Assembly (NCBI RefSeq): GCF_036321535.1
Contig: NC_087442.1
Location: forward strand, 11,408,001-11,472,000
Source of the DNA: Camelus dromedarius
Taxonomy: Eukaryota
DNA length: 64,000 nt
Direction of reading: 5' to 3'
The stretch's first letter is position 1, and each line of letters opens with the position of its first letter. Shown here one piece after another: positions 24,840 to 35,794 of this stretch. The notes under the pieces are model-generated. The model was not told where the DNA came from, made no database searches, and was given only the letters and a program-made list of their open reading frames with translations. A program made the position numbers and the translations under genes.

Positions 24840-25727
24840 CTATTTATTGAAGTGAAGAATCTTCTTTGCTTTTGTTTTCAGTTTAGGATGTGTGAGAATA
24901 ATGAGAACAGAATGTGCTGGAGGGTAAAAGGTGGAAATAATAATATAAATGGACTTGAGTCTCAAATCACTCGCTACAGAAGGGAGATAATGGAGCAGGG
25001 AAGCAACTGAATACGGAACGTAGAGTATGAGGAAACAGATCATCAGCTTCATAGCACCCACATGAGCCTCGGTCTGGGGAGTCCAAAGAGCAGTGGCACT
25101 TCTCTGCATCTTCTGGATGTGTCTCCTCAAGGAATTTATTAACAAGGAAGCAGAAGTCACATTAAGGGAGAACTGTAGACATGAGCTCAAGAGCCAAGGG
25201 CTCACCAAAAGGAAGATTTCCTCATTGACGTCACAGACGGTGCCATTTCTCCCGGTCACCAATTCCAGAGAGCGTGATGCTTCTCGGAGCACAACATGCA
25301 GGAGAGTGGTAAAGGCAGAAATCAGCACACAGGCCAGCAGCAGCCTGGGCATTTTGGGGGAGAGATTTCGTTTCAGCAGGAGAAAAACTGGGTGTTGGTA
25401 GTTAGTAATCTTCACACAGTACAAGGCGTTGAGCAAGGTTACAAACCAAAGACTATTAGAGTCCAAAAACAACCAACACGACAGAAAATAAGTGGATATG
25501 GAGACTGACCTTCGAATACTTGAAGAGATGGAGAAAATAGTACTCAGTCCCAGGATGAGAACTCGGGTGATGCCCAAGCTGAACAGGATTCTATCAGAAG
25601 AGGAGATCTTGTGGCTTTTGACCCAATTCTTGTAATTGATCACTGCAATGAACAGATTTGCAATGACTCCAACAGAAGTCACAATAGCTGAGATAATAAG
25701 AGAAGAAAAAAAGAATGCCTGACGCAT
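24840..25727 (-). CDS. TAS2R4: Taste receptor type 2 member 4, intact single-exon ORF, 295 aa
   Basis: ATG at 25727, TAG at 24842-24840. Motifs WVKSHKISSSDRILFSLGITR, WFVTLLNALYCVKITNYQHPVFLLLKRN, ECL2 sequon NGT, SLRRHIQKMQ, QTEAHVGAMKLM, HSVLIILTHPKLK match recalled TAS2R4. Confidence 0.97.
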   Translation of the reverse strand: MRQAFFFSSLIISAIVTSVGVIANLFIAVINYKNWVKSHKISSSDRILFSLGITRVLILGLSTIFSISSSIRRSVSISTYFLSCWLFLDSNSLWFVTLLNALYCVKITNYQHPVFLLLKRNLSPKMPRLLLACVLISAFTTLLHVVLREASRSLELVTGRNGTVCDVNEEIFLLVSPWLLSSCLQFSLNVTSASLLINSLRRHIQKMQRSATALWTPQTEAHVGAMKLMICFLILYVPYSVASLLHYLPSVASDLRLKSIYIIISTFYPPAHSVLIILTHPKLKTKAKKILHFNK

Positions 25728-25863
25728 CTTTACACACTGAAGAGGAATACTAAATGTCTAAGTAGGCACCAGTAGCAAGCCAGGAAGGACATTTCCTTTT
25801 TTAATTTTCCCCAGTGTGGCAAATGAGCCATTAGTGGCTTAAGATCCAGCTGCTTTTACTGAG

Positions 25864-25871
25864 ATGCAAAT
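25864..25871 (+). promoter_or_regulatory. Perfect POU octamer ATGCAAAT 137 bp upstream of TAS2R4 ATG
   Basis: Exact motif; E-box CAGCTG at 25847-25852 nearby; function is inferred. Confidence 0.4.
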
Positions 25872-26199
25872 CTTCCAAGGATTGCATTACTATTTCTTCA
25901 CTCATATCCTGTTTTCCTTAGAAATGCCAAATTAAAACAGCCGAGGTGAACCTGGGAGTCTACTTCTCCAAGAGAAGGAGAGCTAGAAGGAGGAATTACG
26001 GCATGCTCCAAGAACTTCAAGTCCAATGATAAGAGTTCCAGTCCAGCATTTTTTCCTTCACTGTTTCACCATGAATGCAGCTTTTCTTCATACCTAAGTA
26101 TATGGTGGGAATTCCCATGCCTCACTCCTACCCACCCCATCCACACACCCATGGATCACCCAGATCCAGCTTCTCTCTCCCCTCTAATCTGTTGATGTT

Positions 26200-26590
26200 G
26201 CAACCATTTCCTCCATCTGTCATGCTGGCCATGCCAATGTTACTCTTTCATCCCTTAGCATCTCCTGTGATTTACAGTTACCTAATAGACCAAGTTCAAG
26301 AACTCCTGGAGAAAGCCTTTTTCAACTAATGCCGTCCTTTCACGATGACTCCTCTACTTTGCATTCTCTCCTCAACCATTTACATAGATTTGTGCCATAG
26401 TTATTTGCTGTGATCTGCTTCTGCTTGGAAAAGAAATGTCAGCTCTTCCACATTTTTTCTTTTTAGATCTGAGTTTATGCTTAGATCACACTTGGCTATT
26501 TTCTCTCAGGCAGTTAACTGGCAATCAAAATACTCTGGTACTAGATACACAGTAATGCTTTAGTTATAGTTTTGTGTGCCAAATAGACAG
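26200..26590 (+). mobile_element. L2 fragment
   Basis: Pyrimidine-rich L2-like body ending in a degenerate 3' tail (tactagatacacagtaatgct). Confidence 0.45.
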
Positions 26591-27974
26591 GCATATCATT
26601 GCCTGATTTCTCTGTAGTTTCTTAGATGGTAAAGGGCACAGTATACCTGGTAAGTTACATTTTCAAAGACCGTGAGTGAGTGCAAGAGTGTGGTACCTCG
26701 TAACTCCTCTAACAGTTGAGTGAAGCCAAGGTGCAGGCCTGGATGCAACCACATACAGGCTACAAAACGGCATCCAGGTGACCCACACAAAGTCCTACTA
26801 CCAAATCCAAACAGGAACAGATAAAAAGAAGGGGGTAAGACAGGAAGATGACCAGGGCCAGAAGAGGAAAGTAAATTCATGAGGCTCGTTAAGATAGATG
26901 ATAGGAAGACAACCTGGAGGAATTCCCTGATCCAGAGCCTAGTTTTCTGTACAAAACTAATGGGCATCGACAGAGGCATGGCCAGATCAAACAGGCAACA
27001 CGGAGTGAACAAGCAAGGCAACGATTAAAAGAAAGATTATATCGTAGCATATTATTTCCACTTAACTATCTATAAAATAGATTACTGAATTAGAGTAATT
27101 AACTTGAAACATTATAAATACCACAGTTATATAGAATAAGCAATATGGAGTAAGATATAAGAATTAAATGTTCCCCCAAAGAGGGGAAAAGCCAGTATTG
27201 GACAGTAACAGATCCCATTCAGAGTGTGATATACAAGATTGTTGGGTTCTTGGTAGCAGGAGGTACTATAATTCAGATGTGATCATGTTGGCAAGCATGA
27301 TTAGTGAGTAAGCTGCTTCTGTCTGAAGTTATTTCTGAAAGGGTCATTATGGGAAAAGTGTCAACAAAATCCTTTCTCCCTCTGCATAAGAATTTCGCCT
27401 TCAGCTAAGCATAAGTATCTTATGGAGACCTCCTGCTCCCTCGAATGTGGCAGATAACTCTTACGAGTGTATCCCTTGGTTTAATCCTGGAAGGTGTCTT
27501 TCTGAAATTATTACAAGAGAAATTGGCTCTTTTGGGACATGAAGCTTTTATTTTAGGGCAGCTCCATCCTTACCCAAATGTGGATCTCCTCTCCTTGCAC
27601 CTGAACTGTTATAACTGGCAGCAAGGACTCTGCAAAAGAAGGCCTGACACTTCTCTGCTGGTGAACTGGATCCTTAACTATATCCATCTGAGTACACAGA
27701 GTGGCCTGAGATAGTCTTGTAAGTCTGACTATTTATTGGAGCCCAAGAAGACCCACTGGTGGATGCACTGCAGCCATGAGTCCAAACTCTGCTGCCTGGC
27801 AGATATATCTGTAGGGCAAGTTTTAGGGCAAACAGTCAAAGCAAAAGAATGACTTACTTTATCTGATGAAGGCTCTGAAGGATAAAATCAGTCATGAATA
27901 AATGGGAATTACAAACTTTGAATTGTTTTTTAAAAAGTACCAATGTTGTCTAGGAGGAAGAAAGAAGGAAATTT

Positions 27975-28200
27975 GGATTTCTTCAGCTTTTCTGAGCACG
28001 TATTATGTCCCCAGCAGTGCACTGGGCATCATAAATCTCAGTTAGTCTTTAAAATAGTTCTCGGAGAGAGATCTGGTTATTCCTCCTTACAAATGAGGAA
28101 AATGAAGACGAAAAGAAGTATGGGACTGCCAGGTATCACAGAAAATCGGTGGCTAAGTTGGGAGGTCTTTCTGAGACTGAGTCTTTCCAGTAACCTAGGC
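27975..28200 (-). mobile_element. MIR SINE
   Basis: ttctgagcacgtattatgtccc..cactggg; tcctccttacaaatgaggaaaatgaag. Confidence 0.7.
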
Positions 28201-28209
28201 GCCCCTCAT

Positions 28210-29420
28210 CAGTTCATTTATTCTATAATTGTTATCAGCCAGTCACATATATGTTAGGAGCTGGGGAAACAAAGAAGAATCACCCACAGCACACTCTGCC
28301 TTCAAAGAGCATACAGAATAGTGGGAGAGACAGACAATTAGATCAGTGTATTGGGTACTATAATAAGGAAAAGCAAAGGGTACAGTAGGAGTGTTCAGGA
28401 GGGGCATTTAACCCAGCCTTGGGGCTTCAGGAAAGGCTTTGTCAAGGAGACATATAAATTAACTCCTGAGGATGCAAAGGCGTTGTCCAAGAAAAAGGTC
28501 TAGGGTGGGAGGGAGAAGGATATTGGAAACAGTGGGGAGAACTCTATGTGAAGACTCAGAGGTGACAAAAAGTGTGGTAGGTTCAGGAAACAGAAGAATG
28601 GAGCGATGCAAGGAGAAGTGGTGAGAAAACTGGAAAGAAATAAGAGACAGATCATGAAGTATCTATGCCAGAATAGGTACAGATTTTGGACATAAATAAC
28701 CATTACAGTAATTTGATCTAACACTTTAGGAAAACACACAGAGTAAGTCCTTAACTTTATCTGAGAGAGTCAGAGAAAGTTTCCTGGAGGACTCAGGTCT
28801 TGAAGGCTATGAGGAGGTAACAAAGCTGATGAGTAAGAAAGGGAATTCTAGGCAAAGAAAGCAGCTTACACAAAAGTGTAGCAGCTGGAAGAGTTTGGCA
28901 TATTTGGGAACCAAAGTAGTTCAAGGTTCTTTGGAAAAAGTAAGGAGTAGGAAGATGAAACCAGACAGGAAAATAGGGGGCCAAATAACGAATGGCTTCG
29001 TGCTGCAAGCTACGGCATCTGAACTTCATGTAGAGCAATCGAGAGTCACTGCAGGACTTTAAGAGAGGAGCGCCGTGATTGTATTTTCACTGCATGAAGA
29101 ACACGATGCAAGTAACATGGAAATGCTCTGCGGGAAGGGGATGAAACTGGAAACAGGAAACTGGTTAGGATTCTGTTACAGTCACCCTGGTGGGTTGAAA
29201 AAAGTAGAAATAGAGACTGGGGGACATTTGAGAGAAAATATTTGAGTACAACCAAAGGGATCTAGTGACCCAATGAATATTGAAACTAAAGGAGAAGGAA
29301 GAATCTGGGATGATCTCCAAAATTCTAGTGCAAGTGAGAAAAAAAACAAACACATGTCTTTTAGTGAGACAAGAAGCACAGTCTGAAATGGAATTAGATA
29401 TGCAAGAAATTTTAGGTGGC
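28210..29420 (-). mobile_element. L2 LINE remnants (one or two nested fragments)
   Basis: Purine-rich reverse L2: ctgccttcaaagagcatacag..tagtgggagagacaga, cttcaggaaaggcttt, gaaagtttcctggagga, gtgattgtattttcac. Confidence 0.72.
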
Positions 29421-30984
29421 GGGGAGCAAGAGAAGGTGAATAGAGTATTCAGACAGCACTGTAGGTCTGATATCTATAAAAAGGGAGGGAGAAAGAAAAA
29501 GAATTGGGTAGGAAGAGTCCTAGAGTACAGCACGGTTCCAAAAAAGCTGATGGAGAGTTCTTGGGCCAAAATTGCCTATTGGAAGAGTACCATGTCCCAG
29601 CAGAAGAGGCGTACCTTAATACTCCCCAGTGCTCCAGCACTGGCTGACAGCAGCCTGCAGGAGGTGAGGAACCCTCAGTAAGTTTCGCTCCCCACAGCAG
29701 GAAAAGTGAGCAGTGCATTTTCATGGCCGCCGCAAAAGGGAGCCAGAGACAAAGATCAACTGTGCCAGAACCCTCTGGTGATGAGGTGATTCCTTCATCA
29801 TACCTGAAGCATCTGTTTCAATGATGTAGAGATGAAATAAATACTCATTTCTGTGTCTTTATTGTCCATTAGATGGGATGTTTTAGAGAATAAGAACTGA
29901 TCTACCACAGTATTTTGTGCAGAATGAGTGTTAAAGAAATGTCTGTGGTGTGCATGAACGAACTGGAATCAAGATAAGCCAGAATCAAAATGGAGTAAGA
30001 AATGTATTTACTCCTGAAACATTACAGGAGCATCTGGCAACTATCCAAAACCCACCCCTTCCTCAAAGAGATCTGCCAGCTGGGCAGCAACGGTACAAAC
30101 CTGAGCAACCAAGAAAACTTCAGAAATCATCCCTCTCTGGGGCTGTGAGGACGTTATTTGGCAACAGGCAGACACCCAGCCTAGACAGAATACTTCAAGA
30201 AACTCCACTCACGAACTTCTGAAAATATATTTTCCAGGGTTAACCTGGAAGTGTTCTGGTCATCTGGCAGCTCCACCAAGTTACAATGACAATTTAATTG
30301 TAGTGTGGTCAACAAAATTTACTCACTCTGCAAACTCAGATGTGTGGAGAAAAAAAATTATGTTCTTAATTTTATCTACAAGTAAGACAGATTTTCTCCT
30401 GAGCCTCTGCCTGTGGTCGGGGGAAGTGTTTAATCCAATGGGATAATGCAAAGGATATCTTCAGAAAAATGTTCAGTTTCTGCAGATGGAAAAATAAAAA
30501 CGTCTGAGACACCTCCCGTGAGCCATGCTTCTCCCTTTTAATTAGGGTCCAGGTGGGCACTGGGAAGGGCTGAGATGAACTGTACCCCACGACGGCAGAG
30601 AAGTGTCACGTCCTCTCCCTCAGTGTCCTTGTCTCCCTGGGCTTCCAGGAAGAGGTCCTTGTCCCTTGGTTGCTGCCCGCCCTGCCTGCCTATGCTTTGT
30701 TCCCATGGACCTCAAACAGGGAGCTTTCAACCAGTCCTCAGAGAGGAGGAAGACCAGGACTCTCGCCTTCCCTGCTTGCAGTCCCTTTCCTTTCTCCCCT
30801 TCTCCTCCCCACCACCCCCTGGGGGCTGGGGAGAGTAGACTTCCCCTTATATCATGTCCTCTTATTACCACAAGCAACACAAGCTTCATGGGCTTCGTGT
30901 TATCAGAGTAGGACTCCAAGAGGCACCCACTGCAGGCTCAACCCTTGACAGGTTAGAATATCAGCAGCTAAATTTGCTGTGCAT

Positions 30985-31190
30985 TGACTATGCTGTAGTT
31001 GCTAAAACACCTTGCACATATGTGGTCCTCACACCGATCCTGTCAAGTATGCCTATTTTATAGTGTCGGAAACTGAAGTCCAAGGAGGTTTGGTAACTTG
31101 CCAAAGATCATGCATCTAATAAGGGCCTGGGAGGGGGGCAGTTGTCAGGATTTGAACCCAAATGTGTAATTCCAGAACTAACATTCTTAG
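30985..31190 (-). mobile_element. MIR SINE
   Basis: gaaactgaagtccaaggaggtttggtaacttgccaaagatcatgca..caggatttgaacccaa. Confidence 0.75.
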
Positions 31191-31990
31191 CCCCTACATT
31201 GTACATTTTTCTAGTCCAGCAAAATGTAGAAATACCAGAAAGTAACGTACAAGCAGCAGCAGCAGTTGCTGTTTATAAGGTCACTTTTGCTTTCTTAAAG
31301 CAGAACCTCCTGCAGAACATGAACAAGTAACACTGACTTTCCTTTCCGCTTATCCCAAATCAAGAGAATCACAAACCCAACTTAAAGATCCTCTAGATAG
31401 CCCTGTCCATCAACAGTTAGAAAATGGCAGAAATACTGTACAAAATAATGAGCAATGGTAAGCACTGAAACTGAGAAATGTTGGAATGTAATTTTTGTGG
31501 GGTTTTTTTTTTTTTTTGGTGGGGAGGGTTGTTGTTTGTTTATTTATTTGTTTCACTTATAATCTTCCTGGACCCAAACTACAGTTCAATCTCATTAAGT
31601 GTCAGGATCTATGAACTCAGCCCAAGAGGCCAGAGTACCAAAAATGAGAAGTAGTACCATGAGACACAGAACATAGGGGCCCTTGATGGAAACGTGGAAG
31701 GTTTCATGAGCTACTGTCGTAAGTGGACAGTATGTTGACTCATGCGTTGACTTGCGTTAAAGCCCCCAGCAACACACCAAAGGACTGATGTGCTTGGAGG
31801 AGACACGTGGCCACAGGAACAAGATCTAGCATATAACTGGACTCCAAATGTAGGAATAATTCTCGTCCCCATACTTTGACCCAAAGGAACCTGGTCATAG
31901 TGGAGGAAAACTATGCTCTGCTCCTCTGTGCCTGAAACAACTAGATTAAAAAGTCTCATGGTATTTAGCAACCACAGTTAATTAACTGAA

Positions 31991-31993
<3 letters not shown>

Positions 31994-32025
<32 letters not shown>
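31994..32025 (+). repeat. Pure poly(A) tract, A32
   Basis: 32 consecutive A. Confidence 0.95.
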
Positions 32026-32027
<2 letters not shown>

Positions 32028-33329
32028 CCCCTTCCAGGATTTCTCAAAAATGGGGGTGAGGCATTAAGTAATTCTTCCCCATGGCCTAGAACTCAGGGAG
32101 GAGCTGGCAGATTAAGTATTTTCCTTGGTGGATTCAGAAGACCATAGTCTCTCCCAAACAGCCAAAGTTCCCTTCAGTGTGTCTCTAGCAAAAAGTAAGA
32201 CTCCTTTCCTCAGCACCTCACCCACTACTGAACCCACATCCTTACTCCTACCCTAAACTCTGGCTAAGGGCACTCCACATATTGCTGAAGTCATGTAACA
32301 AAGTTGGAGATTTTTCAGGAGTCACCTCTAAATTTCTCTGAAAGAGGAAAGAGAAAACAGGGGAGGGGCTGGGGATGCCACGCCCATGAATTTGATTTCA
32401 TTTACTCTCTGGGAAGGAAACTTCGCACTCAACCACCTGGACTGCCACTACAGACTCTCACTCAGGGAATCCTGCATTTCCACCCACACTCCAGGCTCCG
32501 GTGGAATGAACAGTAGTGGTAACTTCAGCAAGTTCGCAGCATCACATCTGAATCTGCTAGGTCAGGGTAGGAGCTGATGGAGCCATGGCAGAAATGGAAG
32601 GGAGGAATCCTTCAGAAGTTAGCCAAAGGCACCAAGAAACAAACATCAGTCGAGCCAAAATCTCTAGTATAAAGTGTCATGTTCAATTAAAAGAGAGGAA
32701 AATCCCCACACCTAAGGCAGAAGGCAGAATCAGGAATTCAGGTAAGGGCTGAAGAACCAGAAGGTCAGAGCTAGGCAGAGAAGTTTCCAAAGTGACAGAA
32801 AGTAGGAACAAGTGTTCAAGAGTGGGTGAGGGTGAATTCAAGAGCAGGGTTCGGGGTAAACAGCAGATGCCAATTGAGAGAGCAGGCATTTCCATACGTA
32901 GATTTCTCTGTGCTGGAAAGAAGCAGATTTTTATTAATCACAGAAGCACTCATTTCAGAATCCTTCTATTTTAGTGAACTATGAATGACTATTAATCATT
33001 CTTTTATGTTTCAACAGATACCTTTTTGAAAGGGAGTTTTAAGTTATCCCAGAATTAGGAATTTTCATAGCAGCTCCAAGAGGCTCCAATTTGAAAGCAA
33101 ACAATGCAGACCAAAAGACATTTTATTCCTATAATTTTGGAAATGAATATATAAATCTCAGAACAATCCAAAAATTAATTTCTGGTTACATATGACCAAA
33201 TGCCAAGTAATGTGGTGATCCTTCATGCTACGTCAACATGTATCCCCTTTCACAAAACAATAACAACAACAATAATAATAGCGGTATTTTTTACTCCATG
33301 GGGGACTCAAAGCATTTTTCATGTGTTAA

Positions 33330-33470
33330 CTCACTCATTCCTTCCAACCACTCTATCCCAAAAATACTATTACTAGTCCCATTTTATAAATGAGGAAAGT
33401 GAAATAGACGTTAAGAAAGTTCCCCAAGGTCACCCAGTTCAGGGTCAGGATGTGAACCCAGGACACATTC
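33330..33470 (-). mobile_element. MIR SINE
   Basis: cccattttataaatgaggaaagtgaa..gttaagaaagttccccaaggtcaccca..gtgaacccagg. Confidence 0.75.
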
Positions 33471-33974
33471 ATAGCCACAAAACTTTATACCTGAGAGCCC
33501 ATTAGCGACAGAAGTCCAGATTCAGAACTGTCATGTGCCCTAAATATGTCTACAAGTTTGAGGTCTCAAGCCATAATATCCTAACTTGTCAGCACTGTTC
33601 AGTGACAGGAGCGAAATCAAAGTCCACACAATTTTATTAAAATAAAAGTGGTTACACTTATAAAAACTGCTTATTTTTTAATAAAACTATGAAATTTTAC
33701 AGATACGTATCTTGGTTAATTTAAAAAACTTCTTAGACTTTTGTCCAATCTAAAAAATAAAAAATTACTTGAAGATTTACCTTAGCAAAATAATAAAGGA
33801 ATGCAAAGGATTACTGCCTGAAATTAAAGCAAAATAACTTCACCACCAGACTGGACTGGAGCCTAGTATCCAAGGGCCTTGATTTTCACTCCACTGCTTT
33901 TGTCATGACACAACGGGTTGGTGGAAACTTGTGTCTTGTGGGGGTTGCTGTTGCTGCAAAATCCACTGTCAGTT

Positions 33975-34205
33975 ACAGTAACAGCTTTACCCACTGAGCA
34001 CTTACACTGTCCCGAAATGTTGACATCCATCGTCTCATGAATCTCTCAGACCCTGTGAGGTCAGTATCACAGTCTGCATCTTAAAATGGGGGAAGAGAGG
34101 ATCAAATGGGTAATTAAAGGAACTCACCTAAGGCCAAAAAGTCTAGAAAATGGACACAATCAGAATTCAAACCCAAGTCTGTGGGACTGCAACGCTTTTG
34201 CTCTT
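33975..34205 (-). mobile_element. MIR SINE
   Basis: actgagcacttacactgtc..accctgtgaggtcagtat..cagaattcaaacccaagtctgtgggact. Confidence 0.72.
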
Positions 34206-34561
34206 TCCCTCATGTTCGCCACACTGTTTTATTTACATCACCTGATCGCTGTTAGTATAAACTTCAAGTTAAAGCTAGTCCTCGGCTCATTAGGTTGAGC
34301 TGATAGCTATTAAAATACAACTCCATGTCTACATAGGGAGGGTTTTACCATACTGACATTTTCCAAAGACTATTTCACCTTCTTCAAAATGACCATACAA
34401 AGAGAGGCTACGAGAAGCGGCCCCAGGTGGGACAGGGTGACACAGTAGTGTCTCTCCTATTGATGTCACACAACAGGTGCCACGGGGGGGGTCAGGAAGA
34501 GCCCTGTAATCTTGAACCAGGTCGAAGGACCCCTGGGATCCCTCCTGTGCCCTCTGCCAAG

Positions 34562-35512
34562 CTATGGAGAAAAAGAGCCCTTGGATCCAGGCTTCAGATC
34601 ACCATGCCCACACCAGAGCATCTCCATAAACGTCTGCTTCAGCTTGCTGTTTCCCAGAATGAGAATATATGAGTGGCCAGCAGGATATAACATTGTAATC
34701 ACTTCTCCAATCATCTTAATCATTTTAGTTGCTGGTAGGAAATAACTAGATGATAAAATTAAAAAGGAAAGAAAGTAAAGTAGGAAGAGAAAGAGGAAGG
34801 AGAGGATGACTTTGATGGCCCTATAGTGGGCCTCGGTACTTGGATCCCTGGAGCCGGTACAGTTCCGCTGCATCTGCCGTGTATGCCTTCCCAGGGAGCA
34901 GATGAGCAGAAAGTAGGAGGCTAGAGACACAGTTAGGGGAAGGAGGTTCCACAGAGTCCCCAAAACATGGATCAGTTTGTATTCGTTTCTCTTCTTTAAA
35001 ACCTGCTCAGTCATATTTCCTGTTCCATCAATTCCACTGAGAACAGAATAGATCTTAAATTCATGGACCAGAGACACGGTGCTGCCACATGCTAGGAGCA
35101 GGGTACTCATCAGCATCCACACGACCACCCTGGAAACTCTCCACTTGAGCCAGAGGAATGCAGGGTGGGAGAAACTGGCGACTTTCAGGCAGTAGAAGAC
35201 ACTGAGACACGTGGAAAGCCAAATGCTCAGATGGTTTGTAAACGTCCAGAAAATATCAATCATCTGCATTACTATCCCTTCATCATGTAGTTTGGACGAG
35301 AACACCATTAAAACACCATCAACCAAGAGAGTCCCCAGCAGAACAGTCCTAGAGAGAGCCAGGTTAGTGATGATGAAGTCGGACAAAGAGATTCTCTTGC
35401 TCTTGAACCAGCTGCTGCCATTGACTAGCCCTATGAAGCCATTGCCCAGCATTCCCAGGACGAACTCACTGGCAGTCAGAACCAGAAAGCCCCACTCGGT
35501 GCATCCCAGCAT
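34562..35512 (-). CDS. TAS2R3: Taste receptor type 2 member 3, intact single-exon ORF, 316 aa
   Basis: First true ATG at 35512 (MLGCTEWG; the track start at 35596 is a GTG); TAG at 34564-34562. Motifs LVNGSSWFKSKRISLSDFIITNLALSR, WTFTNHLSIWLSTCLSVFYCLKVASFSHP, sequon NMT, SLGRHTRQM, YPAGHSYILILGNSKLKQ; length equals recalled human TAS2R3. Confidence 0.97.
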   Translation of the reverse strand: MLGCTEWGFLVLTASEFVLGMLGNGFIGLVNGSSWFKSKRISLSDFIITNLALSRTVLLGTLLVDGVLMVFSSKLHDEGIVMQMIDIFWTFTNHLSIWLSTCLSVFYCLKVASFSHPAFLWLKWRVSRVVVWMLMSTLLLACGSTVSLVHEFKIYSVLSGIDGTGNMTEQVLKKRNEYKLIHVLGTLWNLLPLTVSLASYFLLICSLGRHTRQMQRNCTGSRDPSTEAHYRAIKVILSFLFLFLLYFLSFLILSSSYFLPATKMIKMIGEVITMLYPAGHSYILILGNSKLKQTFMEMLWCGHGDLKPGSKGSFSP

Positions 35513-35661
35513 GTCAGCAAGTAGGAGGACCTGATCTTCGCTCCTTCTGTTGATGAACAATCTCTTGCTGATGTGAAACTTCTCTCTGTGAATCACTGCT
35601 ACCTGCTGCTTCTCTGTACCTGTCTCTTGCCTCAGCCCAATTTAGTCTATCATAGAGCAAA

Positions 35662-35701
35662 GTTTAGTGAACCCTCCCTGGGTTTAGTGAACACTCCCTG
35701 G
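35662..35701. repeat. 20-bp tandem duplication upstream of TAS2R3
   Basis: gtttagtgaaccctccctgg / gtttagtgaacactccctgg, 1 mismatch. Confidence 0.9.
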
Positions 35702-35786
35702 CTATTTCAGGCTAATCTGTCCTCTTCAGAAATCATGTGGACTGTCACATTCATCTATGAGCTAAACTCAGAAGCTCTTTGCGAAA

Positions 35787-35794
35787 ATGCAAAT
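35787..35794 (+). promoter_or_regulatory. Perfect POU octamer ATGCAAAT 275 bp upstream of TAS2R3 ATG
   Basis: Exact motif, same orientation as the TAS2R4 copy; function is inferred. Confidence 0.4.

Noticed and set aside
29280-29681. 133-aa ORF and other 60-130 aa ORFs within L2, MLT and L1 remnants
   Set aside because: They lie in degenerate repeats, often begin at non-ATG codons, and have no domain or splice support.
35513-35596. 28-codon N-terminal extension of TAS2R3 in the ORF track (344 aa)
   Set aside because: The track start is GTG, not ATG. The first ATG at 35512 gives the canonical 316-aa receptor, and the extension shows no signal-peptide character.
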